Notes under the pieces: model-generated | Databases searched by the model: none | Told to the model about the DNA's origin: nothing | What the model saw: the letters and a program-made list of their open reading frames with translations, nothing else | Program-made: the position numbers and the translations under genes | Shown: positions 49,577 to 59,806 of the stretch, piece after piece | Position numbering within the stretch: the stretch's first letter is position 1 | How the letters are laid out: each line of letters starts with the position of its first letter | DNA from: an uncultured Bifidobacterium sp. | GTDB taxonomy: Bacteria > Actinomycetota > Actinomycetes > S36-B12 > UBA5976 | Length of the DNA: 64,000 nucleotides | Assembly (NCBI GenBank): GCA_964655115.1 | Contig: CAZZKM010000001.1 | Span: 27,708 to 91,707, forward strand | Direction of reading: 5' to 3'

Positions 49577-51556
49577 GTGGGTTCTAGCGTGGCTGAACGC
49601 AAGAAAACTCCACCTGAAAAAAATACTAAATCAACTACTCCTAAGCATAAAGCTACTAAATCAACTGGTTCTACAGCAAAGAAAAATGCAGCAAAACAAA
49701 ATGAATTAACTCATAGTGGAACGCAAACAATAAATCCCGTTGTTGAACAAGAGTTAAATGAATTAATTTCAAATTTAGAATTATTAAAACCAATCAAAAA
49801 AGATTGGCGATATAGAATGGGTGAAGTTCTTGGTCAATTGATTTTGACTTTTATTTTCATAATTTTCTTAAGTTTATTTATTTGGTCTATTTCTGTCGTG
49901 CCACCAAAATCAACCTTGCTGGGTTTACCAGTAGGAGGAAAACTCCCCCCTACTGTTTTTGAACAAATAAATTTAGCGATAAAAGACAAATTAACTGCAC
50001 CAATTGATGTTCAAACTCCTCAAGGAATTTATACAATTACACCAAATCAAGTTGGATTAGAAATTGATTTACCCAAAACAATTAACTCTATAAATAAAAA
50101 TCCATTTACTTTTTTAAGATCATCACTTTTTCCACAAGAAATAATGCCAAAAATTACAATTGATGAATTCTTGTTGAGAAAAAGTCTTAATCCAGTTGCT
50201 CTAAAAAATACTTTTGCCCCCGTCAATGCAACTTTAACAACTAAAGAGGGTCAAATCATTACCACTGAAGCTAAATCTGGCCAACAAGTTGACTGGGAAA
50301 AGACCATTAAAAGTATTAAGGAATCTTGGTTACATGAAGTCAGAAAACCAGAAGTCGTTATTGCTTATGTGTTACCAAAAGTAAATGATGAAGATGTGTT
50401 AACAGCTAGAGAAAATTTAGCCGAATTAGCAGTATCAGATTCAATTACTTTAAAGTTTGGTAAAAAAGTAGTAGAGATTTCTCCACAAGTTATAGGCTCT
50501 GCGTTAAATTTTGTTGAAGAAAATAACAAATTAGTTTCCAAGTTTGATGAAGCAGTAATTATCAAAGAAATTTCTCGCCAGATTCCAAACATGCAAGCTC
50601 AAGCAACTGATGCCAAATTCGAATTTATTGGAAATAAAGTTCAAATTGTTCCTGCTCAAGAAGGTATAAAATTTACTCCAGGCCAACTAGATGCTGCTAT
50701 GTCACCTGTTTTTAGGCAAAAAAATAATCGACAAGTCAATCTTGATAGTGCTGTGATAAAACCTGCTGTATCTACAGAAAGTTTAGAAGAATTAGGAATA
50801 AAGGAGCAATTAAGTTCATTCCGACAAGAATTTGACTACATGCCTTATCGGGAAATAAATGTTGGTCAAGCTGCTAGATATATGGATGGAAAAATTTTAA
50901 AACCGGGTGAAATTTATTCCATGAATGAAACTATAAAAGAAAGAACTTCAGCTAACGGTTACGTTAAGGGAATTTATATCGCTGAAGGTGGCAGATTTGA
51001 TTATGGTTTAGGTGGTGGAGTATCAATCATTACCGCAGCAACTTGGTCAGCTGCTTTTTATGCAGGTTTAGAAAGAATTGAACAAAGAGCTCACTCGGTT
51101 TTAATTTCAAGATACACACCAGGTTTAGAAGCAACTGTTAGCTGGCCAAGATTAGATTTGAAATTTAAAAATAACACAAAAAATCACATTTTGATAAAAG
51201 CAATTCCAGAAAGAGATGGAATAACAATTGCAATGTATGGAACTAAAGAATTTGACAAAGTTACTGCAAAATTTGGCAAACCTTATAATTTAAATAACAA
51301 AATTGATACGGTGACATCATATGATCCAAATTGTTTAGCTCAAGATCCTGCACCAGGATTTAAAATAGTTGTGACTAGACAATTTTGGAAAAATAATTCA
51401 ATTATTAAAGAAGAAGATTTCTTAACGAGTTATAGACCAAGTGATCACATTATTTGCTTAAAAGAAGGTGAAGTTGCACCTAGTGCTACTCCAACACCGA
51501 CTATTGGGGGAGTAGAACAACCTGCGCCTCAATCAGAAATTACAGCGACTTCTTGA
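49577..51556 (+). CDS. VanW-family protein with peptidoglycan-binding repeats
   Basis: One TM segment, a long extracellular region, and a VanW domain (GGGVSIITAATWSAAFYAGL, HSVLISRYTPGLEATV, DLKFKNNT). Confidence 0.88.
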   Translation: MGSSVAERKKTPPEKNTKSTTPKHKATKSTGSTAKKNAAKQNELTHSGTQTINPVVEQELNELISNLELLKPIKKDWRYRMGEVLGQLILTFIFIIFLSLFIWSISVVPPKSTLLGLPVGGKLPPTVFEQINLAIKDKLTAPIDVQTPQGIYTITPNQVGLEIDLPKTINSINKNPFTFLRSSLFPQEIMPKITIDEFLLRKSLNPVALKNTFAPVNATLTTKEGQIITTEAKSGQQVDWEKTIKSIKESWLHEVRKPEVVIAYVLPKVNDEDVLTARENLAELAVSDSITLKFGKKVVEISPQVIGSALNFVEENNKLVSKFDEAVIIKEISRQIPNMQAQATDAKFEFIGNKVQIVPAQEGIKFTPGQLDAAMSPVFRQKNNRQVNLDSAVIKPAVSTESLEELGIKEQLSSFRQEFDYMPYREINVGQAARYMDGKILKPGEIYSMNETIKERTSANGYVKGIYIAEGGRFDYGLGGGVSIITAATWSAAFYAGLERIEQRAHSVLISRYTPGLEATVSWPRLDLKFKNNTKNHILIKAIPERDGITIAMYGTKEFDKVTAKFGKPYNLNNKIDTVTSYDPNCLAQDPAPGFKIVVTRQFWKNNSIIKEEDFLTSYRPSDHIICLKEGEVAPSATPTPTIGGVEQPAPQSEITATS

Positions 51557-52947
51557 CCATTTTCTGTATCTTTAACTTCTATACCCAATTTATTTAAATC
51601 ATTTCTTAATTCATCACTTAATTTCCAATTTTTTTCTAAACGTGCTTTGGCTCTTTGATCTAGCAAGTCTTGCATTTGGGCAGTTATTTCTAATGTTTTA
51701 ATTTGTGGGGCTTTATTTAAATCAAGTCCTAAAATTTCATCCATTTTTAAGATTGTTTTATATTTTGATCCATTCGTGACAGATTCATCTTTTTCTAAAT
51801 TTTTAAGTACTAAAAGTGCTTTATTTGTGTCTAAATCCTCATTAAGGTAATTTTCAAATTCATTCAAATAATCTGAATTTATTTCTCCAGATTCACTTGA
51901 CCATTGTTGCATTTTTTCACGTGTTCTATTTAATGCTTTTGCACTTGCTTTTAAGCTATTCCAAGTCAAATCCATTTGAGAGCGATATCTGTGCTCTAGA
52001 AAAGATAACCTTATTGCAAGTGGATCTAAGCCTTTATCAATTACATCTTTGACTAATAAAACATTTCCAGAAGATTTACTCATTTTTCTGCCTTCAAATA
52101 GTAAATGTTCGCCATGAATCCAATGATTTACAACATCTTTATCTGTTGCAGCATTGCTTTGTGCTCTCTCATCTTCATGATGCGGAAAACGTAAATCAAT
52201 TCCACCTGTGTGAACATCTATTTTTTCTCCTAAGAATTTCAAACTCATGGCAGAACATTCAATGTGCCAACCTGGAAAACCTCGACCCCAGGGAGTTTGC
52301 CAAGTAAGTTGTGTTCTTGAATCTGCAGCTATTTTCCATAAAGCCCAATCTGCATGGAAGTTTTTATTTGGATCTTCCTTGCCTTCAAAACGATGTCCAG
52401 GTTTTAGATCTTCTAATCTGTTGCCACTAATTTCTCCATAACTTGAAAAAGATCGTGCATCAAAGAACACACTTCCATCTTTGCCAACATATGCATGTTT
52501 TTTCTCAATTAATGTTTTTATTAAATCAATCATCAAATCAATTGATTCACTAGCTTTTGGATAACTTGTGGCAGGCAAAATATTTAAGCTATTTAGATCT
52601 TCGTGAAATAATTTTTCGTATTTTCTTGCAATTGAAAGAGCATCACTTGCTTCTTTATTTGCTTGAGAAATTAAGCGATCTTCTGTATCAAGTTGTCCTT
52701 CATCCACTCCTCCCAAACCTTGATCATCTGCCATGTGTCCAACATCGGTTATGTTCTGAATTAGTTCAACTTCTAGACCTTGATATTGAGCAAGTCGGTT
52801 AATTAAATCTGTTAATAAAAAAGTTCGCATATTTCCAACGTGAGCATCCCGATAAACAGTGGGACCACAGGCATAAATTTTTAAAACACCCTTTACTGAA
52901 GGTTTGATCTCAACTACTTGCCTTTGGCGAGTGTCATAGAGTTTCAT
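51529..52947 (-). CDS. cysS: Cysteine-tRNA ligase
   Basis: YACGPTVY...HVGN (HIGH), PGWHIECSAM, FPHHEDERAQ, KMSKS and a C-terminal anticodon-binding helix (ARLEKNWKLSDELR). ATG lies 7 nt after TACGCT. Confidence 0.93.
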   Translation of the reverse strand: MKLYDTRQRQVVEIKPSVKGVLKIYACGPTVYRDAHVGNMRTFLLTDLINRLAQYQGLEVELIQNITDVGHMADDQGLGGVDEGQLDTEDRLISQANKEASDALSIARKYEKLFHEDLNSLNILPATSYPKASESIDLMIDLIKTLIEKKHAYVGKDGSVFFDARSFSSYGEISGNRLEDLKPGHRFEGKEDPNKNFHADWALWKIAADSRTQLTWQTPWGRGFPGWHIECSAMSLKFLGEKIDVHTGGIDLRFPHHEDERAQSNAATDKDVVNHWIHGEHLLFEGRKMSKSSGNVLLVKDVIDKGLDPLAIRLSFLEHRYRSQMDLTWNSLKASAKALNRTREKMQQWSSESGEINSDYLNEFENYLNEDLDTNKALLVLKNLEKDESVTNGSKYKTILKMDEILGLDLNKAPQIKTLEITAQMQDLLDQRAKARLEKNWKLSDELRNDLNKLGIEVKDTENGQEVAVISD

Positions 52948-52975
52948 GAGTTTAAGCGTAGTTGAAATCTAATAA

Positions 52976-53941
52976 TTAGCACACGCATTCTGAAGTGACC
53001 TCTAAATTTTTGAAGTATCTGTAGTAGGAGTATTCGTGATGGATTTTAAAGCCAAGGGATTCATACATTTTTACTGCTACCAAATTGGATTTTAGTACCT
53101 GGAGCACAATTTTTTCATGACCTATTTCTGCAACAGCATTTGAAAGAGCTTTCATTATTTTTTTAGCAAAACCTTGATTTCTATATTTTTCATCAACCCA
53201 CAAAGTAGTTACCATCGCTTGTTTTTCAGAAGCAGCAATTCTTCCGGTAGCAATTATTTCCCCTTTTTCATTTTCAATTGATGCAAATCTTACAAAGGAT
53301 CCACTTAACAATAATTCTTTACTTATTCTTGAACTAACTTCTTCATCTCTTCCCATAATCGCTTTAAACCATTTGTCACTTAAATTAGATTCTAAAATTA
53401 CTCCAGTTATATCATTTTTTTCTGCAGGTCCAACCATGTAATAAGCGGTATCAATTTCTTTAAATTTATTTCTTATTAAACTTTGATCAAATGCACCTGG
53501 TTTTGGACTTTGAATTATTGCAACTGCATTTCTTTTTCTGTACCAGTCAATAATTTTTATGAAAGTTTCATCAATATCGTCTTCAGGTCTTCCATCAAGA
53601 AGACAAGAATTTGCTCTAGCTGATTTATTTCCTGAAAATCTTAAAGCCCAATCATTAAGAAATTCTTTTTCAGTTGCTACCCAAGTGGTTTCTGAATCTC
53701 TTTCCAGATCTAAGGCACCAATTTCTGGTTCAATAACTTTGGCAGCAAAAATATTTCCAGTGACTATTTCTTGAATACTTTTATCTTTTTTCTCAATTTG
53801 AATAAATCCTTGTGGCCAATCATTTGTCCAGGAAGTAAGAATGCCTAACGTGTCAGTTAAATTCGAGCCATCAAAATGGCGCACACTTACCCGTCGCCCA
53901 AGATCGGAAGGCGAAATCCTTAACCTGCCGATTGCGGCCAT
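52976..53941 (-). CDS. GNAT-family N-acetyltransferase
   Basis: N-terminal LGRRVSVR...TDTLG domain, RANSCL, and C-terminal VDEKYRNQGFA and LQVLKSNLVAVKMYESLGF motifs. Confidence 0.88.
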   Translation of the reverse strand: MAAIGRLRISPSDLGRRVSVRHFDGSNLTDTLGILTSWTNDWPQGFIQIEKKDKSIQEIVTGNIFAAKVIEPEIGALDLERDSETTWVATEKEFLNDWALRFSGNKSARANSCLLDGRPEDDIDETFIKIIDWYRKRNAVAIIQSPKPGAFDQSLIRNKFKEIDTAYYMVGPAEKNDITGVILESNLSDKWFKAIMGRDEEVSSRISKELLLSGSFVRFASIENEKGEIIATGRIAASEKQAMVTTLWVDEKYRNQGFAKKIMKALSNAVAEIGHEKIVLQVLKSNLVAVKMYESLGFKIHHEYSYYRYFKNLEVTSECVC

Positions 53942-54033
53942 AGTAGAAAACTTGTTCCTTTCGGATACTCTTTATATATAAATAGTAGAGATGAAGTAGT
54001 TTTGTCTTACATACTTAGTAGAGGAGTATTTGC

Positions 54034-54348
54034 GTGACCTACGTAATTGCCGAACCATGCATTGACTTGAAAGATAAATCTTGCATTGAAGAGTGCCCAG
54101 TTGATTGCATTTATGAAGGCGAACGCATGCTCTATATCCATCCAGATGAATGTGTTGACTGCGGAGCTTGTGAGCCGGTGTGCCCAGTTGAAGCAATTTA
54201 TTATGAAGACGATGTTCCAGAAAATTACAAAGACTATTCAGCATCTAATGCTGCATTTTTTACAGACTTAGGATCTCCAGGCGGAGCTGCCAAATTAGGC
54301 ATGACTGCAAATGACCCTGAAGTTATCAAAGCAAAACCAAAGAAATAA
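54034..54348 (+). CDS. fdxA: Ferredoxin (7Fe type)
   Basis: MTYVIAEPCIDLKDKSCIEECPVDCIY and CVDCGACEPVCPVEAI motifs; GAGGAG SD. Confidence 0.97.
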   Translation: MTYVIAEPCIDLKDKSCIEECPVDCIYEGERMLYIHPDECVDCGACEPVCPVEAIYYEDDVPENYKDYSASNAAFFTDLGSPGGAAKLGMTANDPEVIKAKPKK

Positions 54349-54357
54349 ATAATTCTT

Positions 54358-55302
54358 GTGAGTAATCAAAAACTGGTCTATTTAGGACCACCTGGAACTT
54401 TTACTCACGCAGCAATTGATTTAATGACTGTGCCATGGAATGGCGAAATAGTTGCAGAAAAAGAAGTTTCCGATGTTGTATTTGCAGTTGAGTCAGGAAG
54501 TGCTGACGCAGGATTAGTTCCATTAGAAAATTCTGTGGAAGGTGATGTCTTAAGCACTTTAGATGAATTAATTTTTAGATCTGCACAATGTTTTATAAAT
54601 GAAGAGATAGTAGTACCAATATCTTTTGTATTAGCTGTTCCTTCAACGACAAAAAATGCTGAAGTTAAAAAGATTTTGACTCATCCGCATGCTGCAGCGC
54701 AATGTAAAGAATTTATTAAATTAAATAAATTAGAAGTTGAATTTACAGCTTCTACAGCAGATGCATGCCGAATTGTCGCAGAAAGAAAAGAAGCAGGTCT
54801 AGGAGCAATTGCAGCAAGTAAAGGTGCTGACACATTTGGACTTTTCGTTAAACAAACTAGGCTAGAAGATTTTGCTGGTGGAAAAACTAGAATGGCTTTA
54901 ATTTCTAGAAATTTATCTTCTCCAACAGGTCATGACAAAACCACTTTGGTTATTACACCTGTTGCAGATAGAAATGGTTTATTGTCAGATATTTTGAATT
55001 GTTTTGCTAAAAGAGATATTGGCTTAACTGCAATTAGTTCAAGGCCTTTAAAAACAAGACTTGGGGAATACACCTTTTTAGTATCTGCTCGCGGACATAT
55101 CGGAGAACCCACTTTGCAATCAGCAATTATGGATGTAAGCAGTATTGGTGCTGCGGTAAAAGTTTTAGGTTCTTATCCAATGAATCCAGAAATTAGTTCT
55201 GCACGTGTGGGCGAATCTTTACCACCAGGAAGTGTGACAGCAGATGTTTTGAAGGAATGGGTAGCAAGATTAGTTAAAGCTGCCACAGAAGTTCCTCGTT
55301 AA
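54358..55302 (+). CDS. pheA: Prephenate dehydratase
   Basis: YLGPPGTFT, VPLENSVEG, THPHAAAQC, TRMA, and an ACT domain with ISSRPLK...GEYTF and VLGSYP. Confidence 0.93.
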   Translation: MSNQKLVYLGPPGTFTHAAIDLMTVPWNGEIVAEKEVSDVVFAVESGSADAGLVPLENSVEGDVLSTLDELIFRSAQCFINEEIVVPISFVLAVPSTTKNAEVKKILTHPHAAAQCKEFIKLNKLEVEFTASTADACRIVAERKEAGLGAIAASKGADTFGLFVKQTRLEDFAGGKTRMALISRNLSSPTGHDKTTLVITPVADRNGLLSDILNCFAKRDIGLTAISSRPLKTRLGEYTFLVSARGHIGEPTLQSAIMDVSSIGAAVKVLGSYPMNPEISSARVGESLPPGSVTADVLKEWVARLVKAATEVPR

Positions 55303-55314
55303 TACTTTCTATTT

Positions 55315-56280
55315 ATGAAAATATCCATAATTGGCTTAGGCCTTATCGGTGGCTCAATTGCTCAGGGTTTAAAAAATAAACATGAAATAAGTGTTTTGGA
55401 TCCTGATTTAAATTCATTAGAAGCTGCAAAAAAATCTGGTTTTAATGTACTAAATAATTTGGACCAAGCTCTTAATTCTGAATTAATTATTGTTGCAGCA
55501 CCAACAAGTGTTAGCGAAGAGATTTTAAAAGAACTAAGTAGTAAAAAATACCAGAATTTTGTATCAGACATTTGTTCAGTGAAAGCATCATTACAAGATG
55601 CTGCAAAAGATTTAAATTATGTGGGTACTCATCCCATGGCAGGATCAACCAAAGCAGGATTTATAAATGCTAATCCTGAAATATTTAAAAATGCTCCTTG
55701 GGCGGTAAGTGTTACAGCTACTACAAATAATGAAGCTTTAATTGCGATTGTTTCAATTATTAATGATTTGGGTGCTTTTGTAGTTCCAGTTGATCCAATT
55801 GAACATGACGAATCTGTTGTTTTAAGTTCACATCTTGCTCACGTTGTTGCATCTGCTTACGCCAAAAGTGTGGGAGAGTCTGAGTTTGCCCAATTAGCAC
55901 AATTATTAGCTGGCGGAAGCTTTAGAGATCTGACAAGAGTTACAACTTCTCCAGCAGAGCGAACCGCAGAAATAGTTTGGCCTAACCGAAAATCATTATC
56001 CAAAGTCGTTGAAAATTTGAGCGAAAACTTGGCAAAATTACAAAATCTTCTAGAACAGGGCAGTCAAGCAGATATTGAAAAATATCTTCAATCAGCCAGT
56101 AGTTTAAGAACTATTTCTGATGCAACTATAAACAAAGTGAAGAATCATCAAGGTGAAAAACTAACCACTAAAACTACTAATTTGAAGGATGAATTCTTGA
56201 AATACGCCCAAAAAAGAATAATTGCAACAGGTTTTGTTATTGATTCAGAAAATATAAGTTATTTAATTAACGAAATTTAA
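55315..56280 (+). CDS. tyrA: Prephenate dehydrogenase
   Basis: [39 protein letters not shown] and GSFRDLTRV motifs. Confidence 0.92.
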   Translation: MKISIIGLGLIGGSIAQGLKNKHEISVLDPDLNSLEAAKKSGFNVLNNLDQALNSELIIVAAPTSVSEEILKELSSKKYQNFVSDICSVKASLQDAAKDLNYVGTHPMAGSTKAGFINANPEIFKNAPWAVSVTATTNNEALIAIVSIINDLGAFVVPVDPIEHDESVVLSSHLAHVVASAYAKSVGESEFAQLAQLLAGGSFRDLTRVTTSPAERTAEIVWPNRKSLSKVVENLSENLAKLQNLLEQGSQADIEKYLQSASSLRTISDATINKVKNHQGEKLTTKTTNLKDEFLKYAQKRIIATGFVIDSENISYLINEI

Positions 56281-57203
56281 TTTGAGTGAAGAACTGAATT
56301 TAAGCCAGTCCAATTACCGGTTTTGTTCGAAGCTTCAATTGCCCCGGTTTGTGAATTTCTTCTGAATAACAAATTATTTGCACCCGAAAGTTCTCGTGCT
56401 TTAACAATTTTTCCATCAGGAAGAATAACTTTTGAACCAGCTGTTAAATAAAGGCCTGCTTCAACAATGCAATTGTTTCCTAAACTAATTCCTAATCCAG
56501 CATTTGCACCAATTAAACATTTCTCACCAACACTTATAACTTCTTGACCACCACCAGATAGTGTGCCCATGATTGATGCACCACCACCAATATCTGATCC
56601 ATCGCCAACAATGACTCCGGCAGAAATTCTTCCTTCAACCATTGAAGTTCCTAAAGTTCCGGCATTAAAGTTCACAAATCCTTCATGCATCACAGTTGTA
56701 CCACTTGCTAAATGCGCACCTAATCGAACACGATCCGCATCTGCAATTCGCACTCCACTTGGAATTACATAATCAAGCATTCTAGGAAATTTATCTAATG
56801 AAAATACAGTTAAATGTGTTCCTGCTTTTTTAGCATTAGATCTAACTGATTCAACTTTTTCAGGTAATACTGGACCAATTGTTGTCCAGGCAACATTATT
56901 TAGAATCGAAAAAATACCTTCAAGATTTATTGTTCTAGGTTTTACTAATCTATGTGAAAGTAAATGTAATCTTAAATAGGCATCAGCTACATCTAGTGCA
57001 GGTTTTGACAAATCTTTAATTAAAGTTTTAACAATTTTTATTTCGCAGCCTCTAATCGAATCTTTTCTTTCATATTTTGAACTATCAATTAATTGAATAG
57101 GTGAGATTGATAATGCTGGATTTGGAAACCAAACATCAAGTGTTTTATTGCCATCGATTGTGGCTATACCTATTCCACTAGCGGCTTCAGTAATAAAACT
57201 CAT
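56277..57203 (-). CDS. dapD: Tetrahydrodipicolinate N-succinyltransferase (actinobacterial type)
   Basis: [23 protein letters not shown]-like [10 protein letters not shown] and [18 protein letters not shown] motifs. Confidence 0.97.
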   Translation of the reverse strand: MSFITEAASGIGIATIDGNKTLDVWFPNPALSISPIQLIDSSKYERKDSIRGCEIKIVKTLIKDLSKPALDVADAYLRLHLLSHRLVKPRTINLEGIFSILNNVAWTTIGPVLPEKVESVRSNAKKAGTHLTVFSLDKFPRMLDYVIPSGVRIADADRVRLGAHLASGTTVMHEGFVNFNAGTLGTSMVEGRISAGVIVGDGSDIGGGASIMGTLSGGGQEVISVGEKCLIGANAGLGISLGNNCIVEAGLYLTAGSKVILPDGKIVKARELSGANNLLFRRNSQTGAIEASNKTGNWTGLNSVLHSN

Positions 57204-57271
57204 GAGTCAAAACTATCTTGTAATTGGGGTTAATGGATACATAAGGGTTAGGTTGTTGGCACAATAGGAAT

Positions 57272-58327
57272 GTGTTGAATATAAATCAAGAACTAGGCAA
57301 ACTAACCCTTGATCTTGTCAATATTTCAAGTGTCTCAAAAGATGAAAAACCAATTGCAGATTTAATTGAGGATGCTTTAAATAAATTAACTCATCTTAAA
57401 ATTACTAGAGTTAATAATTCTTTGGTTGCACAAACTAATTTTGGAAGCAAACAAAGAGTGGTAATTGCAGGCCATATCGACACAGTTCCTGCTAATAATA
57501 ATTTTCCTGGAAAAATAAATGACTCAGAAGTAATTGGTTTGGGTTCAGTAGACATGAAATCAGGCATAGCAGTTGCTTTAAAATTAGCAGCAGAAATTAC
57601 TAATTCTAATTTTGATATTACTTATCTATTTTATGAATCAGAAGAAATAGAAACCAAATTTAATGGCTTAGAATTAATTACTAAACAACAAAAAAATTTA
57701 TTAGATTGTGACTTTGCAATTCTTATGGAACCTACTAATGGAATTCTTGAAGTTGGTTGTCAAGGTTCTTTAAGATTTGAAGTGAGCACTAGTGGAAAAA
57801 GATCTCATTCTGCAAGATGGTGGAATGGAGAAAATGCAATTCATAAAACTAATAAAATTTTAGAAATTCTTAACAGCTACAAATCAAGAGAACCAGAAAT
57901 CGATGGTTATAAATTCAGAGAAGGTTTACAAGCAGTAAAAATAAATGGAGGAATTGCAGGAAATGTGGTGCCAGATTCTGTAAGTATTTCAATCAACCAT
58001 CGCTTTGCACCAGATACCACCATTGATCAAGCAACAGCAAATATGAAAAATTTGTTTAAAGACTTTAATTTTCATCTAGTAGATGCAGCTAATGCAGCAC
58101 CAACTGGTTTAGATAATCCAGTAATAAAAGATTTTGTTTCTAGTATTGGAAAAAACATTGCTCCTAAATTTGGTTGGACTGATGTAGCTAGATTTGCAAG
58201 TGCTGGAATTCCTGCGATTAATTTTGGACCAGGAGATCCTAATTTGGCGCATCATCCAGATGAAAAAGTTTTGATAACTCAAATTAATGATGTTTATAAT
58301 TCTCTAAAGAATTGGCTTACTAAATAG
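57272..58327 (+). CDS. dapE: Succinyl-diaminopimelate desuccinylase
   Basis: AGHIDTVP, GSVDMKSG, YESEE, HSAR, WTDVARF and GPGDPNLAH motifs. Confidence 0.96.
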   Translation: MLNINQELGKLTLDLVNISSVSKDEKPIADLIEDALNKLTHLKITRVNNSLVAQTNFGSKQRVVIAGHIDTVPANNNFPGKINDSEVIGLGSVDMKSGIAVALKLAAEITNSNFDITYLFYESEEIETKFNGLELITKQQKNLLDCDFAILMEPTNGILEVGCQGSLRFEVSTSGKRSHSARWWNGENAIHKTNKILEILNSYKSREPEIDGYKFREGLQAVKINGGIAGNVVPDSVSISINHRFAPDTTIDQATANMKNLFKDFNFHLVDAANAAPTGLDNPVIKDFVSSIGKNIAPKFGWTDVARFASAGIPAINFGPGDPNLAHHPDEKVLITQINDVYNSLKNWLTK

Positions 58328-58779
58328 TGAAAGTTGATTTGTCATTAAGCATTGATATCGATGCAAGTCAAAAAGAGGTTTTTGATTCTTTTGTTAATTG
58401 GGAAACCCAAGGTGACTGGATGTTTGGCACAAAAGTTTATAGAACAAAAAATTATGGTCAAGGTCTAGGTGGAGAAATTGTTGCTTGGACAGGATTTTGG
58501 AAAATAGGTTTTAACGATCCAATGGTTATTACTAAATGGGAAGAACCGCGAATTGTTGATATGAAACATCTTGGAAAAATAGTTCGCGGAACTGGATCCA
58601 TGATTGCAGAAAAAATTACGGAAAATAAAACAAAATTTATTTGGAGTGAAACAATTGAATTACCATTTTCAATAATTGGTCGAATTGGTTGGTTTTTTAT
58701 TAAACCGTTTTTTGTTATCGCAATTAAGCATTCATTGAAGAAATTTGCTCTCACTTTTGCACAAAAGGGGTCCATTTAG
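58327..58779 (+). CDS. SRPBCC-family protein
   Basis: WETQGDWMFGT, DPMVITKWEEPR and HLGKIVRGTG motifs; conserved position after dapE. Confidence 0.85.
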   Translation: MKVDLSLSIDIDASQKEVFDSFVNWETQGDWMFGTKVYRTKNYGQGLGGEIVAWTGFWKIGFNDPMVITKWEEPRIVDMKHLGKIVRGTGSMIAEKITENKTKFIWSETIELPFSIIGRIGWFFIKPFFVIAIKHSLKKFALTFAQKGSI

Positions 58780-58846
58780 ACAAAGTGCCAGTATTACTGG
58801 GATAATAGAAGTATCAATAATTAATTGAAATGAAAAAGGTGTTTAG

Positions 58847-59011
58847 ATGGCCGCAATGAAACCTCGTACTGGTGATGGACCAATGGAAGTTACCAAAGAA
58901 GGTAAAGGTGTTGTAGTTCGTATTCCACTGGAAGGCGGCGGTCGTTTAGTTGTAGAAATGACAGTTGACGAAGCTAAAGAATTAGACGTTCAACTAGAAG
59001 TTTTAAAGTAA
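58847..59011 (+). CDS. DUF3117-family small protein (54 aa), absent from the ORF track
   Basis: MAAMKPRTGDGPMEVTKEGKGVVVRIPLEGGGRLVVEMTVDEAKEL is the highly conserved actinobacterial signature; AAGG SD. Confidence 0.95.
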   Translation: MAAMKPRTGDGPMEVTKEGKGVVVRIPLEGGGRLVVEMTVDEAKELDVQLEVLK

Positions 59012-59012
59012 A

Positions 59013-59642
59013 TTAATTAGGTCTGTAAGAACAAGCAATTACACCAGTTCCATTTGGAATCATAACTGAAACTAGTCTTTGATCTTCTTTAATTTTTTCT
59101 AAAACTCTTAAAACTGCTAAGTTATCTGGATCATTTTGAAATTGAGCATCATTTAAAACATTGTTATAAATTAAGATTCCACCAGGTCTTAACAATCTCA
59201 TGGCTTCTTCTAAAAGAGTTTCATATTCGAGTTTGTCACCATTAATAAAAACTAAATCATAAGCATTATCTGTTAAGCGGGTTATTACTTCTAAGGCTTT
59301 GCCAGCAATTAATCTAATTTTATTTTGAGAAATAGATGCATTACTAAAAATGTCTTTACTTACTCGTTGTCTTTCTGGATCTTTATCAATAGAAGTTAAA
59401 ACTCCTGCAGAATTCATACCTTTAAATAACCACAAGCCAGATAAACCTGTGCCAGTTCCAATTTCAACCACATTAGAAGCATCAATGGTTGATGCTAAGA
59501 ATTTAAGTAAACTTCCTACTCCAGCCCCAATCGGTTTAATACCAAGCTCTCCAGATTTTTCTCTGGCCTTTAATTGAAAACTATCTTCTTCAATAAAATC
59601 TTGTGAGAATTTCCAATCTTCAACGCTTGGAAAACTTGTCAT
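59013..59642 (-). CDS. SAM-dependent O-methyltransferase
   Basis: VVEIGTGTGLSG, LTSIDKD and LRPGG motifs. Start moved to ATG 59642 after GAAGG. Confidence 0.9.
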   Translation of the reverse strand: MTSFPSVEDWKFSQDFIEEDSFQLKAREKSGELGIKPIGAGVGSLLKFLASTIDASNVVEIGTGTGLSGLWLFKGMNSAGVLTSIDKDPERQRVSKDIFSNASISQNKIRLIAGKALEVITRLTDNAYDLVFINGDKLEYETLLEEAMRLLRPGGILIYNNVLNDAQFQNDPDNLAVLRVLEKIKEDQRLVSVMIPNGTGVIACSYRPN

Positions 59643-59806
59643 TTGACTACCTTCTATGGGACTTAAACCCATCTTAATGTTTTCTTAAAATCTTGAAGGA
59701 ATTCACCAAGAATTGCCCTGTAATTCCTGATTTAAAGTGCATGATTTGTCACTTGGCCTAAACTAAAAGTAAGACTTGTTAGAGAAAGAAAAACGCCAAG
59801 TTAAAA

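Noticed and set aside
51529-52947. mshC (mycothiol cysteine ligase), given the nearby mshB
   Set aside because: It has CGPTVY rather than the MshC CGITPY motif and retains the C-terminal anticodon-binding region, so it is a CysRS.
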